NCBI GenBank assembly: GCA_963842695.1
Contig: CAWJHK010000001.1
Span: 64,040-128,039 of the forward strand
Length of the DNA stretch: 64,000 nucleotides
Direction: 5' to 3'
Origin: an uncultured Chloroflexia bacterium
GTDB taxonomy: Bacteria; Chloroflexota; Limnocylindria; Limnocylindrales; CSP1-4
Part shown: positions 37,473-46,279 of the stretch, one piece after another
Position numbering within the stretch: position 1 is the first letter of the stretch
Layout of the letters: each line of letters opens with the position of its first letter
The notes under the pieces: generated by a model
Databases searched by the model: none
What the model saw: only the letters and a program-made list of their open reading frames with translations
What the model was told of the DNA's origin: nothing
Position numbers and translations under genes: made by a program

Positions 37473-37940
37473 TCATGTCAGGCTTTGGTCGGCCTTCTCC
37501 TTCTGCGCGGCATCTTCGCGACGTATCGCCTCGTATGCCTCGAGTGCGCGCCTGATCTGGCGACGCTTCACCTCGGGGATGACCTCGACCAGCACAACCA
37601 CGACGGCGGCCGTCCACAGGGCAAATCCGAACGCGTAGAGCAGATCTGACAGCAGCGCGAACGGCTCCGCTGGCGTCGTCGACTTCACGACATAGCCGGC
37701 GAGGTAGGCCACGATGCCTACCACGAAGACGATCGCGAGGACGAAGTACAGGATCCGCTGCCCGTATGCGTCCTGCCGCAGCTCGGACATGTGCTCCTCG
37801 AACCAGGCCTGGGCGGCCGGATCGTGCAGGAGCGGGCCGAGCTCGTCGTTGGTCAGCGTCGGTGGAGCGTCGTTCGATCCTGATCCTCCGGCCACGGTCG
37901 TTGTCACGGCGCCGGCGTTCGAGCGGCCCTGGGATGGCAT
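37473..37940 (-). CDS. hypothetical membrane protein (2 helices)
   Basis: 155-aa ORF. Two long hydrophobic helices (ILYFVLAIVFVVGIVAYLAGYVV, LYAFGFALWTAAVVVVLVEVI) and a charged tail. Confidence 0.55.
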   Translation of the reverse strand: MPSQGRSNAGAVTTTVAGGSGSNDAPPTLTNDELGPLLHDPAAQAWFEEHMSELRQDAYGQRILYFVLAIVFVVGIVAYLAGYVVKSTTPAEPFALLSDLLYAFGFALWTAAVVVVLVEVIPEVKRRQIRRALEAYEAIRREDAAQKEKADQSLT

Positions 37941-37952
37941 CCGACGCCTCCG

Positions 37953-39971
37953 CTAGTCCGTCCGCAAGCCGAACCCGAACGCGAACAGCGGATCGTAGTT
38001 CGCGTCGCCGACATTGATCGGCACTTGCGCTTCGGTGCGAGGCCAGGTCATCGGCAACGTGCCCGTGAACGGCCGATCACCGAAGAGCACGTCCGCGACA
38101 CCCGCTCCCTCGCTGCCCGGCAGCCACGACGCCACCAACGCATCCATCTTGTCAAGCTGGTCGGTGAGGACCTGCGGGCGACCGGACACCACGAGCACCA
38201 CGCACGTCGCGATCGCGTCGCAGACCTTGTCGATGACCTCCTTGTCACCCGGCAGGAGGGACAGGGACTTCTCCTCGAGCTGGGCCGGCGAGCAGAAGCC
38301 ACATTCAGGCCCGCCGACATCGCCGTAGCCCTCGGCGTACGGCGTCTCGCCGACGATCACAACGCCGACGTCGGCTCCCGTCATCGGTGCGGACGCGTCG
38401 ATGCTGTAGGTGACCGTGGCCTCGGGCGCTACGTCGCGGATGCCCTCGAGGATCGTTGTGCCCGGGATGATGTCGCCGGAGATGCCCTGCCAGGCGATCG
38501 TCCAGCCGCCGGCCTGGTTGCCGATGTTGTCTGCGTTGCGGCCGGCCACATAGATCTTCGCGTCCGCCGACAGTGGCAGCGCGTCCCCGTCGTTCTTCAG
38601 CAACACCTGTGACTCTGCTGCTGCCCGTCGAGCGATCGCCCGATGCGCGGCGCTGCCGACCTGGTCGATGTTGTCTTTCGAGGCAAGCGGGTGCTCGAAG
38701 AGCCCCAGCTCGAACTTCGCCTCGAGGATGCGGCCCACGGCGTCGTCGATGCGGGCGATGCTGACCCGGCCGGCGTCGACCTCGGCCAGCAGCAGCTCCT
38801 CGAACTGCTGGGCACTGAACGGCTCCATGAACATGTCGGTGCCGGCATTGACGCCGACCCGCACCTTATACGGGGTCAACCCGCCGTTTCCGGGATTGTC
38901 AGGATCGGGGATCTGGTGGATGCCCTCCCAGTCCGAGATGACGAAGCCACCGAACTGGTACTGGCCTTTCAGGACACCCGTGACGAGGTCCTCCTGGGCG
39001 TGCATCTTGACCGGGTTGCCAACGCCGTCCTCGACCCAGTCGACGCTAGAGAACGAGGGCATCACGCTGCGCACGCCGTGTCGTCGGATCGCCGTTGCGT
39101 ACGGCGCCAGATCGATCGTCGCGAACTCGTCCCGACTGGTCACCGTGATTCCCTGGTCGATGGTGTACCGCTGCTCGTACCAGGGCTTGCCCACATTGGC
39201 GGCGGCTACGGCGGCGTCGTATTCGGTGTCTCCGTCTCCGGCGTAGTGCTTCGCGGTGGCGAGAACATGGTCGGCCGTGATCGGCGCTCGGCCGCGGCCC
39301 TGCAAGCCGTCGATGATGGTTTCCATGCGGGCGACGAGCCCCGGGTCTTCCCCGAAGCTCTCGTACGTTCGGCCCCAGCGCTCGTCGCGGGCGACGCAAA
39401 CGCATGGTCCGAAGCTCCATGGGATGCCGGTTGCGCGGACCTCCGCGGCGGTCGCCTCGCCGACCTCGCGCACGAGGGACGTGTCACCGGTCGCGCCCAG
39501 GCCGATATTGCGCGGGAATATCGTGGCGCCATAGACGTTGCCATGGCCGTGAACGGCGTCGATGCCGTAGATGATGGGGATCCCCAGGCGGGTGCTCAGC
39601 GCCTGTTCCTGGAACGCGTTGACCATGTCGACCCAGGCCTCTGGCGTGTTCGGCGTCGGCGTCGACCCACCGCCCGATAGGATCGACCCCAGATTCAGGT
39701 CGGCGATCACCGAGGGGTCACCTTCGACGGCACCACGCTCGGCCTGCGTCATCTGGCCGACCTTCTCCTCCAGAGTCATTCGTCCGAGCAGGTCCTTGAC
39801 CCGCTTGGCGACCGGCTGGCTGGAGTCGCGATACGCCGGCGCCGACGCCGCCTCGAGCGAAGCCGGCTGATAGCCCGGCCGTGTCTCGCCGGCCAGCACG
39901 GCGTCGGCCGGTACCAGCGACGCAAGCAGGAATGCAACGGCGAAGAATGCGCTGCCTGAACGGGATCGCAT
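37953..39971 (-). CDS. glycoside hydrolase family 3 (beta-glucosidase-like), secreted
   Basis: The 972-aa ORF is trimmed to ATG 39971, which has GGGAGGA upstream. Signal peptide MRSRSGSAFFAVAFLLASLVPADA. GH3 motifs EKVGQMTQ, GIDAVHGH, FPRNIGLGAT and GFVISDWEG (nucleophile Asp). Confidence 0.9.
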   Translation of the reverse strand: MRSRSGSAFFAVAFLLASLVPADAVLAGETRPGYQPASLEAASAPAYRDSSQPVAKRVKDLLGRMTLEEKVGQMTQAERGAVEGDPSVIADLNLGSILSGGGSTPTPNTPEAWVDMVNAFQEQALSTRLGIPIIYGIDAVHGHGNVYGATIFPRNIGLGATGDTSLVREVGEATAAEVRATGIPWSFGPCVCVARDERWGRTYESFGEDPGLVARMETIIDGLQGRGRAPITADHVLATAKHYAGDGDTEYDAAVAAANVGKPWYEQRYTIDQGITVTSRDEFATIDLAPYATAIRRHGVRSVMPSFSSVDWVEDGVGNPVKMHAQEDLVTGVLKGQYQFGGFVISDWEGIHQIPDPDNPGNGGLTPYKVRVGVNAGTDMFMEPFSAQQFEELLLAEVDAGRVSIARIDDAVGRILEAKFELGLFEHPLASKDNIDQVGSAAHRAIARRAAAESQVLLKNDGDALPLSADAKIYVAGRNADNIGNQAGGWTIAWQGISGDIIPGTTILEGIRDVAPEATVTYSIDASAPMTGADVGVVIVGETPYAEGYGDVGGPECGFCSPAQLEEKSLSLLPGDKEVIDKVCDAIATCVVLVVSGRPQVLTDQLDKMDALVASWLPGSEGAGVADVLFGDRPFTGTLPMTWPRTEAQVPINVGDANYDPLFAFGFGLRTD

Positions 39972-40373
39972 GGCGTCCTCCCATGGTTGGGTCTGGTGAG
40001 ACCGTTCGCGTCTCACCACCATGGCTGGTCGGCCGTCTGATGGGCCACCACAGGATCGCGGGCACCGCGGGAATGGCGCCGGCAGGACCGGGCGGCCGAT
40101 GACCGCCGAGAAGCGCGGACGAATCCAGGCGACGGGATCCGGCGACGTCCAGCGCCTTCCGGTCCGACGGCCGATGGTCACCCGGCCCGTCGGGGGCTCG
40201 CCGCCGACGCCGAGACTCGACGCGTGGATGCCGGAATGCAGCAACCGGCGTCGTGCCGTTCTGCAGGGTTGTTGCGTAGGAACCTGCCCCTCGGTCGACC
40301 AGTCTGTCGTAAGGGATCCGAGTGTCGCGTCCCCGATCGCAATCATGCGCAAGCAGATCTGGAGATTCGGACC

Positions 40374-40643
40374 ATGAGCGAGTTGGGTATCGCTCTCCTT
40401 GAGGCGCTGGCTGCGGAAGCGGCCGCCGAACGACGACTCGAGCTCGTTGCACCGTTCGATGAGCAGCTGGCCCGGGCCGAGTACGAGGTCGACAATCCCG
40501 AGCACGTCGGCGGGACGTGGGAGATGCTGCCTGCCCGCACTCGCGGTCGTCGGATCCGGCGGATGCGAACCATCCTCGATGCCGTCGAGGCCCAGTCTGC
40601 TGCCCCCGCACCGGTCGCTCCGGTCGCTCGCGCCCGCCCGTGA
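40374..40643 (+). CDS. hypothetical protein
   Basis: ORF 40224..40643 trimmed to ATG 40374, with GGAG about 9 nt upstream. No motif recognised. Confidence 0.45.
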   Translation: MSELGIALLEALAAEAAAERRLELVAPFDEQLARAEYEVDNPEHVGGTWEMLPARTRGRRIRRMRTILDAVEAQSAAPAPVAPVARARP

Positions 40644-40692
40644 TCCATCGCCGAGGGCGAGACCGAGTAGGCTCGCAACACCTCCAGACACC

Positions 40693-40724
40693 GAACGGCC
40701 CGCTGACGCTACAGCGGGCCGTTC
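40693..40724. terminator. bidirectional terminator hairpin between convergent genes
   Basis: GAACGGCCCGCTG-ACGCTA-CAGCGGGCCGTTC, a perfect 13-bp stem lying between the stops at 40643 (+) and 40757 (-). Confidence 0.7.
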
Positions 40725-40756
40725 CATGATCCCGCGCCTCGCGGCGCAGTTGAGAC

Positions 40757-41797
40757 CTACGGAGCCTCGATCGAACCGAAGGCGCCTTCGGTCTCGTCCT
40801 CCGGCCCGGCGGCGAAGTACAGGGTGGTGACCGGGCCGGCCCCACCGCCATTGCCGAAGCCGATGCCCCACAGGCCGTCGATCGAGATCGGCCGGTGGTC
40901 GGTGCCCTTGATGACGCCGTGCGGCTCCCAGCCGTCGGCGGTCCGCTTGAAGGCGTGGATCCGTCCGTCGCCGAAGTTCCCGACGAGCAGGTCGCCGCTG
41001 AACTTCCCGAACCCGGCGGGTGCCTGGGCGAGACCCCAGGGCGCATTCAGGTCGCCACGGGAGGCGACCCGCGCGATGAAGTTGCCGTTCAGGTCGAACG
41101 AGCTGACATAGCCGAAGCCTTCACCGGCGACCTCCTCGTCGCCGTCGGCATTCTGCTTGGCGTACGCCACGTACAGCACGCCGTCGATGGCCTGGATGTT
41201 GAACGGCGAATAGCCCGCGGGCAGCCCCGGGTCCACGAAGTGACCTGGCAGGCTGGCGGCGCCGAACGCGCCATCGAAGACATCGATCCGTGCGCCCGAG
41301 AAGTTGGCGGCGTACAGGTGGTTTCCGGCGCCATTGTTCCCGATGGCCAGGCCCAGGTAGACCGCGTCCGGTGTCTCGGCGGCCTGGATCGCGGCCGTCC
41401 CGACCCCATTCCAGCCCGCGATGCGACCGTCGTCGGTGGCGAACAGGAAGCGGGAGGCTCGGAATCCGGTGGTGTCGTCGACCTTGACCTGGAAGTCAGC
41501 CGAGCCATTGAAGACTGTGCCGGTCGGATGGCCGGGGATGGTGACCACGAGGCCCAGCTTGACGCCCGCGCCGTTGTACAAGGTCGATTTCATCGTTCCG
41601 TTGTCGGATACCCACCACGGCGACGTCGAGCTGGCGGTGATGCCCCAGCCATTGACGAGATCCGGGTCGGTCTCGTTCGTCTGCAGGACCGTGACCTTGT
41701 AGAGGTTGTCCGCGTTGATGTTCCGGGCGATGGCCGGGGACACCAGGGCAGCCAACAGACCGAAGGCCACGAGGGGCGCGAAGGCGCGTCTCACCAT
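40757..41797 (-). CDS. TIGR03118-family secreted beta-propeller protein
   Basis: The 391-aa ORF is trimmed to ATG 41797, which has AAGGAG upstream. Signal peptide, then LVNGWGI...PWWVSDNGT...STLY..G, FLFATDDGRIAGW, LYAANF...IDVFD and GLWGIGFGNGGGAG, the hallmark strings of TIGR03118. Confidence 0.8.
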   Translation of the reverse strand: MVRRAFAPLVAFGLLAALVSPAIARNINADNLYKVTVLQTNETDPDLVNGWGITASSTSPWWVSDNGTMKSTLYNGAGVKLGLVVTIPGHPTGTVFNGSADFQVKVDDTTGFRASRFLFATDDGRIAGWNGVGTAAIQAAETPDAVYLGLAIGNNGAGNHLYAANFSGARIDVFDGAFGAASLPGHFVDPGLPAGYSPFNIQAIDGVLYVAYAKQNADGDEEVAGEGFGYVSSFDLNGNFIARVASRGDLNAPWGLAQAPAGFGKFSGDLLVGNFGDGRIHAFKRTADGWEPHGVIKGTDHRPISIDGLWGIGFGNGGGAGPVTTLYFAAGPEDETEGAFGSIEAP

Positions 41798-41992
41798 CGT
41801 GTCGTCTCCTTCTTTCGGCGGTCGTGGGCAAGCCGGAGTGGGGAGCGGGCGACGACCGCCGCGTTCTAGTGGACGTACGCCCGCGTGTGGCGATCGGTTC
41901 TCCGGCCAGGAGACGCTGCCGCGATCCGGCAATCGACCCGAGTTCGACCTGCTTCGTTGCTCCGATGACCGGATCGCCTGGGGCGCACACAG

Positions 41993-42007
41993 TAGGGACA
42001 GTCCCTA
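41993..42007. promoter_or_regulatory. perfect 7-1-7 palindrome TAGGGAC-A-GTCCCTA, candidate operator
   Basis: Lies in the divergent intergenic region, 19 nt upstream of the TTG 42026 start and just before the AGGAG. Confidence 0.35.
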
Positions 42008-42025
42008 GACACCAGGAGAACTGCG

Positions 42026-42388
42026 TTGGATCCGAACACGGCCACCTTCGAAACCCAAGCTGGCGCCACCCTGCACGACCGGCTCGTCCCCATGGCCGAG
42101 ACGCTCATCACCGCGGTCCGGCGGGGGCTCGGTCTAGCGATCGAGACCCGCATCGAGACCACGGCTACACCGGTCGAGGACGATCCGGCGATCCTCGCGC
42201 GACTCGCCTCGATCATGGACGACCGCGTCCACAGCTGCCCCACGTGCGGCGGCGACACGAACACCTGTCGCGTCATCGGTTGCGACCCCGCGGGCATCCA
42301 GGCCCGATTGGCGAGTGGCGAGATGAGCCCCGATGAGGTACCGCTGGAGACTGCGCCCGTCGCCGGTGGCGAGCGAAAAGTCGCCTAG
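42026..42388 (+). CDS. hypothetical protein with Cys cluster
   Basis: 120-aa ORF with AGGAG upstream of the TTG start. HSCPTCGGDTNTCRVIGC is a possible metal site. No family recognised. Confidence 0.45.
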   Translation: MDPNTATFETQAGATLHDRLVPMAETLITAVRRGLGLAIETRIETTATPVEDDPAILARLASIMDDRVHSCPTCGGDTNTCRVIGCDPAGIQARLASGEMSPDEVPLETAPVAGGERKVA

Positions 42389-42468
42389 GGGATCGGGGCG
42401 TCGCTTCGGAGGCGCCGTCGAGTCTTCTTCAGCCGCTCAGCGCCGGGCAAGCGACGTCCATCACGCGA

Positions 42469-43450
42469 TCACCGGTGCGTGACGGTCTGGAGCATCCGTC
42501 GTACGCGCGATCGGATGCCGCGACGCTTGCGACGATCGTCCTGCGTGCCCTGCCGGACTGGACTGCCCGCGATCCCGAAGACGTTCCGCACCGTCCAGTC
42601 ATCGGCGGAGCGATCGGCGACGACATCGTGCGGGTGCCTGAGCGGTAACGGCAACGCGGCGCTCGGCAGGTTGGCCAGCTTCGCCTCCGGGTCATGCGTA
42701 TGGGTCGCATCGACGCCGAAGCCGATGTTGCTGATCAGGTTGACGGCGGGCATGCACGAAACGCCGGCGCTCTTGAACGTCGCGTAAGCCCACTGGTAAT
42801 CCCACGTGTCGATCTCGCCCCGGCTGACACGATCGAACAGGCCCGCCCAATATGCCTGCGCCTCGATCGAGTCGGGGAACATCCGGCGCAGGAGGCCACC
42901 CTCGCGCTGCGCCGGCCAATCGGTCATCGCGACGTCGTACTCCGCCCAGGCGCGCCGCCACGACGCCCAGCCCCAGATGTGCGTGAACGCGGAGAAGTAG
43001 TAGCTCGCCTCGGGCTTCCAGTGCGCCGCGATGAAGTTGTCACCCGAGATCGACATGACGCGCGTGTCGTCGCGATAGCGCTCCAGCAGATCGCCGGCGT
43101 ATGCGAAGAACGACGGGTCGGGTACGCAATCGTCCTCCAGGATCACGCCCTGCGGGGACCTGCTCGAAGAACCAGTCGATCGCCGAGCTCACCGCCCGCT
43201 TGCAGCCCAGGTTTCGTTCGCGGAACAGGGTCGCGACCTCGCACGGCCAATCGACCGCCGTGGCGATCTCGCGGACTTGCCCGCATCGATCGGCTTCACC
43301 CTCGCGCCCCTCGCGCGGGCCGTCGGCGGCCACGAACAGCTGCCTCGGTCGCGCCGCCCGGATCGCCTCGAAGACGCGAGCGGTCGTGTCCGGCCGATTG
43401 AAGACCATGAACAGCACTGGCGCGCCCCGCGGGTCGGACGCAGTCGTCAT
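42469..43450 (-). pseudogene. HlpA-like nucleotide-diphospho-sugar glycosyltransferase, one apparent 1-nt insertion
   Basis: N-terminal part [31 protein letters not shown]...[19 protein letters not shown] sits inside ORF 43040..43852. It continues (G)[14 protein letters not shown]...ISGDNF in ORF 42469..43146. Shift near 43155. 982 nt = 3n+1. Confidence 0.75.
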
Positions 43451-44392
43451 GCCGCAAGCACGTGCCGGAAGTACGCGACCGTCTCCTTGAGGCCGTCCTC
43501 GAGCGTGACCTTCGGCGTCCATCCGAGGGCCTGCTTCGCCAGGGCGATGTCCGGCTGACGCTGCCGCGGATCGTCGGCGGGCAGCGGCTGGAACACGAGC
43601 TTCGACTTGCTTCCGGTCAGCTTCAGCGTGAGCTCGGCCAGCTGCGAGCATCGTGAACTCGAACGGGTTGCCGATGTTCACCGGGCCGGTGAACTCCGCC
43701 GGCGTGTCCATCAGCCAGCAACAGGGCGTCGATCGAGGTCGTCGACGTAGCAGAAGCTGCGCGTCTGCGAGGCCATCGCCGAAGATCGTGACGTCCTCGC
43801 CCTTCAGCGCCTGGACGATGAAGTTGCTGACCACGCGACCGTCATCGGGCATGCATCCGCGGACCGTACGTGTTGAAGATGCGCACGACCTTGATGTCGA
43901 GGTTGTGCTGCCGGTAGTAGTCGAAGAACAGGGTCTCGGCGCAGCGCTTGCCCTCGTCGTAGCAGCTCGCGGATGCCGATCGGGTTGACGCGGCCCCAGT
44001 ACTCCTCGGGCTGCGGGTGGATCTCAGGGTCGCCGTACACCTCGCTCGTCGAGGCCTGCAGGATCCGCGCGTGGAGCCGCTTGGCCAGTCCGAGCATGTT
44101 GATCGCGCCGTGGACGCTCGTCTTCGTCGTCTGGACGGGATCGCGCTGGTAGTGGATCGGCGAGGCCGGACATGCCAGGTTGAAGATCCGATCGACCTCG
44201 ACGTACAGCGGAAAGGTCACGTCGTGGCGCATCAGCTCGAAGCGCGGGTTCAGGAGCAGCTGGCCGATGTTGCGTCTTGCTGCCCGTGTAGAAGTTGTCG
44301 ACGCAGAGAACGTCGTCGCCGCGTTCGATCAGCCGATCGCACAGGTGGGAGCCGAGGAAGCCGGCGCCTCCGGTGACGAGATGACGCTGCAT
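43447..44392 (-). pseudogene. UDP-glucuronate decarboxylase (UDP-xylose synthase), seven apparent 1-nt insertions
   Basis: [21 protein letters not shown]...VDNFYTGSK / [18 protein letters not shown]...[29 protein letters not shown] / [11 protein letters not shown]...[11 protein letters not shown] / [26 protein letters not shown] / [12 protein letters not shown] ... Shifts near 44272, 43969, 43850, 43771, 43735, 43715 and 43645. 946-7 = 939 = 313 codons. Confidence 0.85.
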
Positions 44393-44552
44393 GGAGTGGG
44401 CTCCCATGACGCTGACGACCAGCCGATGATAGGGCGCATGGGCAGGCCGCGGCTCGCCGCATGACGACGAGTCGCGGCCGAGGGTCCCGGTGTGAGATCA
44501 GACGGCCGGCGGCCGTCTCGGGCCTCTGACCTGGTTGGCCCAGGCCGAGTGG

Positions 44553-44744
44553 TCAGAAGACCTTGCCGCCGTCGGTCACGAAGGCTTCGGTGCTGTCGGG
44601 AGCGGTGAAGACCTTCCCGCCGTCTGGAGTCGCGGTCCCGCCCGCAGCCTTGAACGTCGTCTCGCATTTGTCCATTTCAGACTTGACGCCGTTGGCTTTT
44701 CTCATGCATTGCTTCAGTGCCTTGAGGGCCGGGTCCATTGCCAT
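44553..44744 (-). CDS. small hypothetical protein (63 aa)
   Basis: ATG 44744 with GGGGAGG 7 nt upstream. MAMDPALKALKQCMRKANGVKSEMDKCETTFKAAGGTATPDGGKVFTAPDSTEAFVTDGGKVF. Locally lower GC by eye. Confidence 0.5.
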   Translation of the reverse strand: MAMDPALKALKQCMRKANGVKSEMDKCETTFKAAGGTATPDGGKVFTAPDSTEAFVTDGGKVF

Positions 44745-44850
44745 CGAACTGCCTCCCCTGTGGTTTCCCAGCGGCATCCGGATTACACCGTGACCGTCAC
44801 GACCGCATCTCGGAACGCTAGCATCGGGGCATTCCTGGGAGGGACTGCCC

Positions 44851-45672
44851 GTGAGCTTGGAGCCGCCGGCCGGTGATCGGCCAACGGATCCCACGCCGAC
44901 CGAACCGACCCCGACGGTGTCGCCACCGCCGCCTGACCCGCAGCGCGGCGTCATCTCAGCGGCGCCCGTCGGCTGGACGGGATCCGACACACAGCCACCT
45001 GCCCCTGCCGACGGCCCGATCGTCGAGTGGGCACCGCCCGCGGCGGCCGCACCGGCTGCATCGATCGCTGCGGGCATGGTCATCGCCGGCGTGTTCTCGC
45101 GGCTGGTCGCGTACTCGATCGACCTTGCGCTCCTGGCGATGGTCAACGTGATCGCCGCTCTGGCGCTCGGGACGTTCGATCCGGACACCGACCGGACGCT
45201 CCGGCTGGTGCTCAACCTGGTTCTCGTGGCGCTGGGAGGCGTGTACTTCGTTGTCCTGTGGCGCAGCCCGTGGCACGCGACGCTCGGGATGCGGCTGCTC
45301 AGCCTGCGCATCCTGCGGGCAACGGACGGCGCGACGCTGTCGCTCGAGTCCGCCGTCCTCCGATGGTTCGTGCTGACCGGCGCGACGACTCTCGTCCTGG
45401 AGGTGCCGACGGCCGGCTCGCTGCTCGCGTTCGTCGCGTTCATCTGGTTCGTGATCCTGCTGCTGACGACTTCGACGGATCGCCTGCACCAGGGCCTCCA
45501 GGATCGCTGGGCGGGTTCGGTCATCGTCCAGCCGGCGCCAGGCGGATCCGGCGCCGCAGTCGTCGGGTGCCTCGTCCTGATCTTCATCGTGCTGGCGATC
45601 CCGTTCGCTATCCTCGCCCTGTCGGGCGACGCGATCCGCGAGATCCTGTCCCGGGTCGGGGATTCGATCTAG
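44851..45672 (+). CDS. RDD-family membrane protein
   Basis: Pro/Thr-rich N-terminus, then FSRLVAYSIDLALL...LGMRLLSLRI...HQGLQDRWAGSVIV (RDD pattern) with three helices. GGGAGGGA upstream of GTG 44851. Confidence 0.8.
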   Translation: MSLEPPAGDRPTDPTPTEPTPTVSPPPPDPQRGVISAAPVGWTGSDTQPPAPADGPIVEWAPPAAAAPAASIAAGMVIAGVFSRLVAYSIDLALLAMVNVIAALALGTFDPDTDRTLRLVLNLVLVALGGVYFVVLWRSPWHATLGMRLLSLRILRATDGATLSLESAVLRWFVLTGATTLVLEVPTAGSLLAFVAFIWFVILLLTTSTDRLHQGLQDRWAGSVIVQPAPGGSGAAVVGCLVLIFIVLAIPFAILALSGDAIREILSRVGDSI

Positions 45673-45675
45673 CGC

Positions 45676-46279
45676 ATGCCGAAGCTCGTCCCGCACGACA
45701 TCCGGTTCTTCGCGACTCCCGCCGAGATGCGCGACTGGTTCGATGCCAATCACGAGACCGCCGACGAGCTGTGGCTGGGCCAGTACAAGAAGGCGAGCGG
45801 CCGGCCGACGGTCAGCTGGTCCGACGCCGTCGACGAGGCACTGTGCGTCGGCTGGATCGACGGCCAGCTCCAGCGGATCGATGAGATCAGCCACGCCCAA
45901 CGGTTCACGCCGCGGCGGAAGGGCAGCAACTGGAGCGCGATCAACGTCGCCAAGGTCGGCGTCCTGACCGACCAGGGCAGGATGCGCCCCGCCGGGATCC
46001 GGGCGTTCGAGGCGCGCACGGATGCGAGGACCGCCGTCTATTCCTACGAGCGACCGATCGCCGACGCTGACCGACGACGAGGAGGGCCGGCTGCGCGCCG
46101 ACCGGGTCGCCTGGGACGACTGGCAGGCGCGGCCGCCGTCGTACCGTCGGGCCGTCACCCACTGGATCACGAGTGCGAAGCAGGCGGCCACCCGGGAGCG
46201 CCGGCTGTCGACGCTGATCGACGACTCGCGCGCCGGGCGCCTGGTCAAGCTGCTGGCCTGGCAGCAGAAGAAGCCGTGA
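45676..46279 (+). pseudogene. YdeI/OmpD-associated family protein, one apparent 1-nt insertion
   Basis: N-terminal half FFATPAEMRDWFDANHETADELWLGQYKK...CVGWIDGQLQRID...RFTPRRKGSNWS is in frame 1. C-terminal half LTDDEEGRLRADRVAWDDWQARPPSYRRAVTHWITSAKQAATRERRL is in frame 2 (ORF 46022..46279). Shift near 46056-46063. Confidence 0.75.

Noticed and set aside
40102-40377. Cys-rich tail of ORF 40021..40377 (…ECSNRRRAVLQGCCVGTCPSVDQS…) as a RiPP precursor
   Set aside because: There is no SD or leaderless promoter and no modifying enzymes nearby. The composition is typical of wrong-frame GC-rich translation, and it overlaps the GH3 leader and repeat region.
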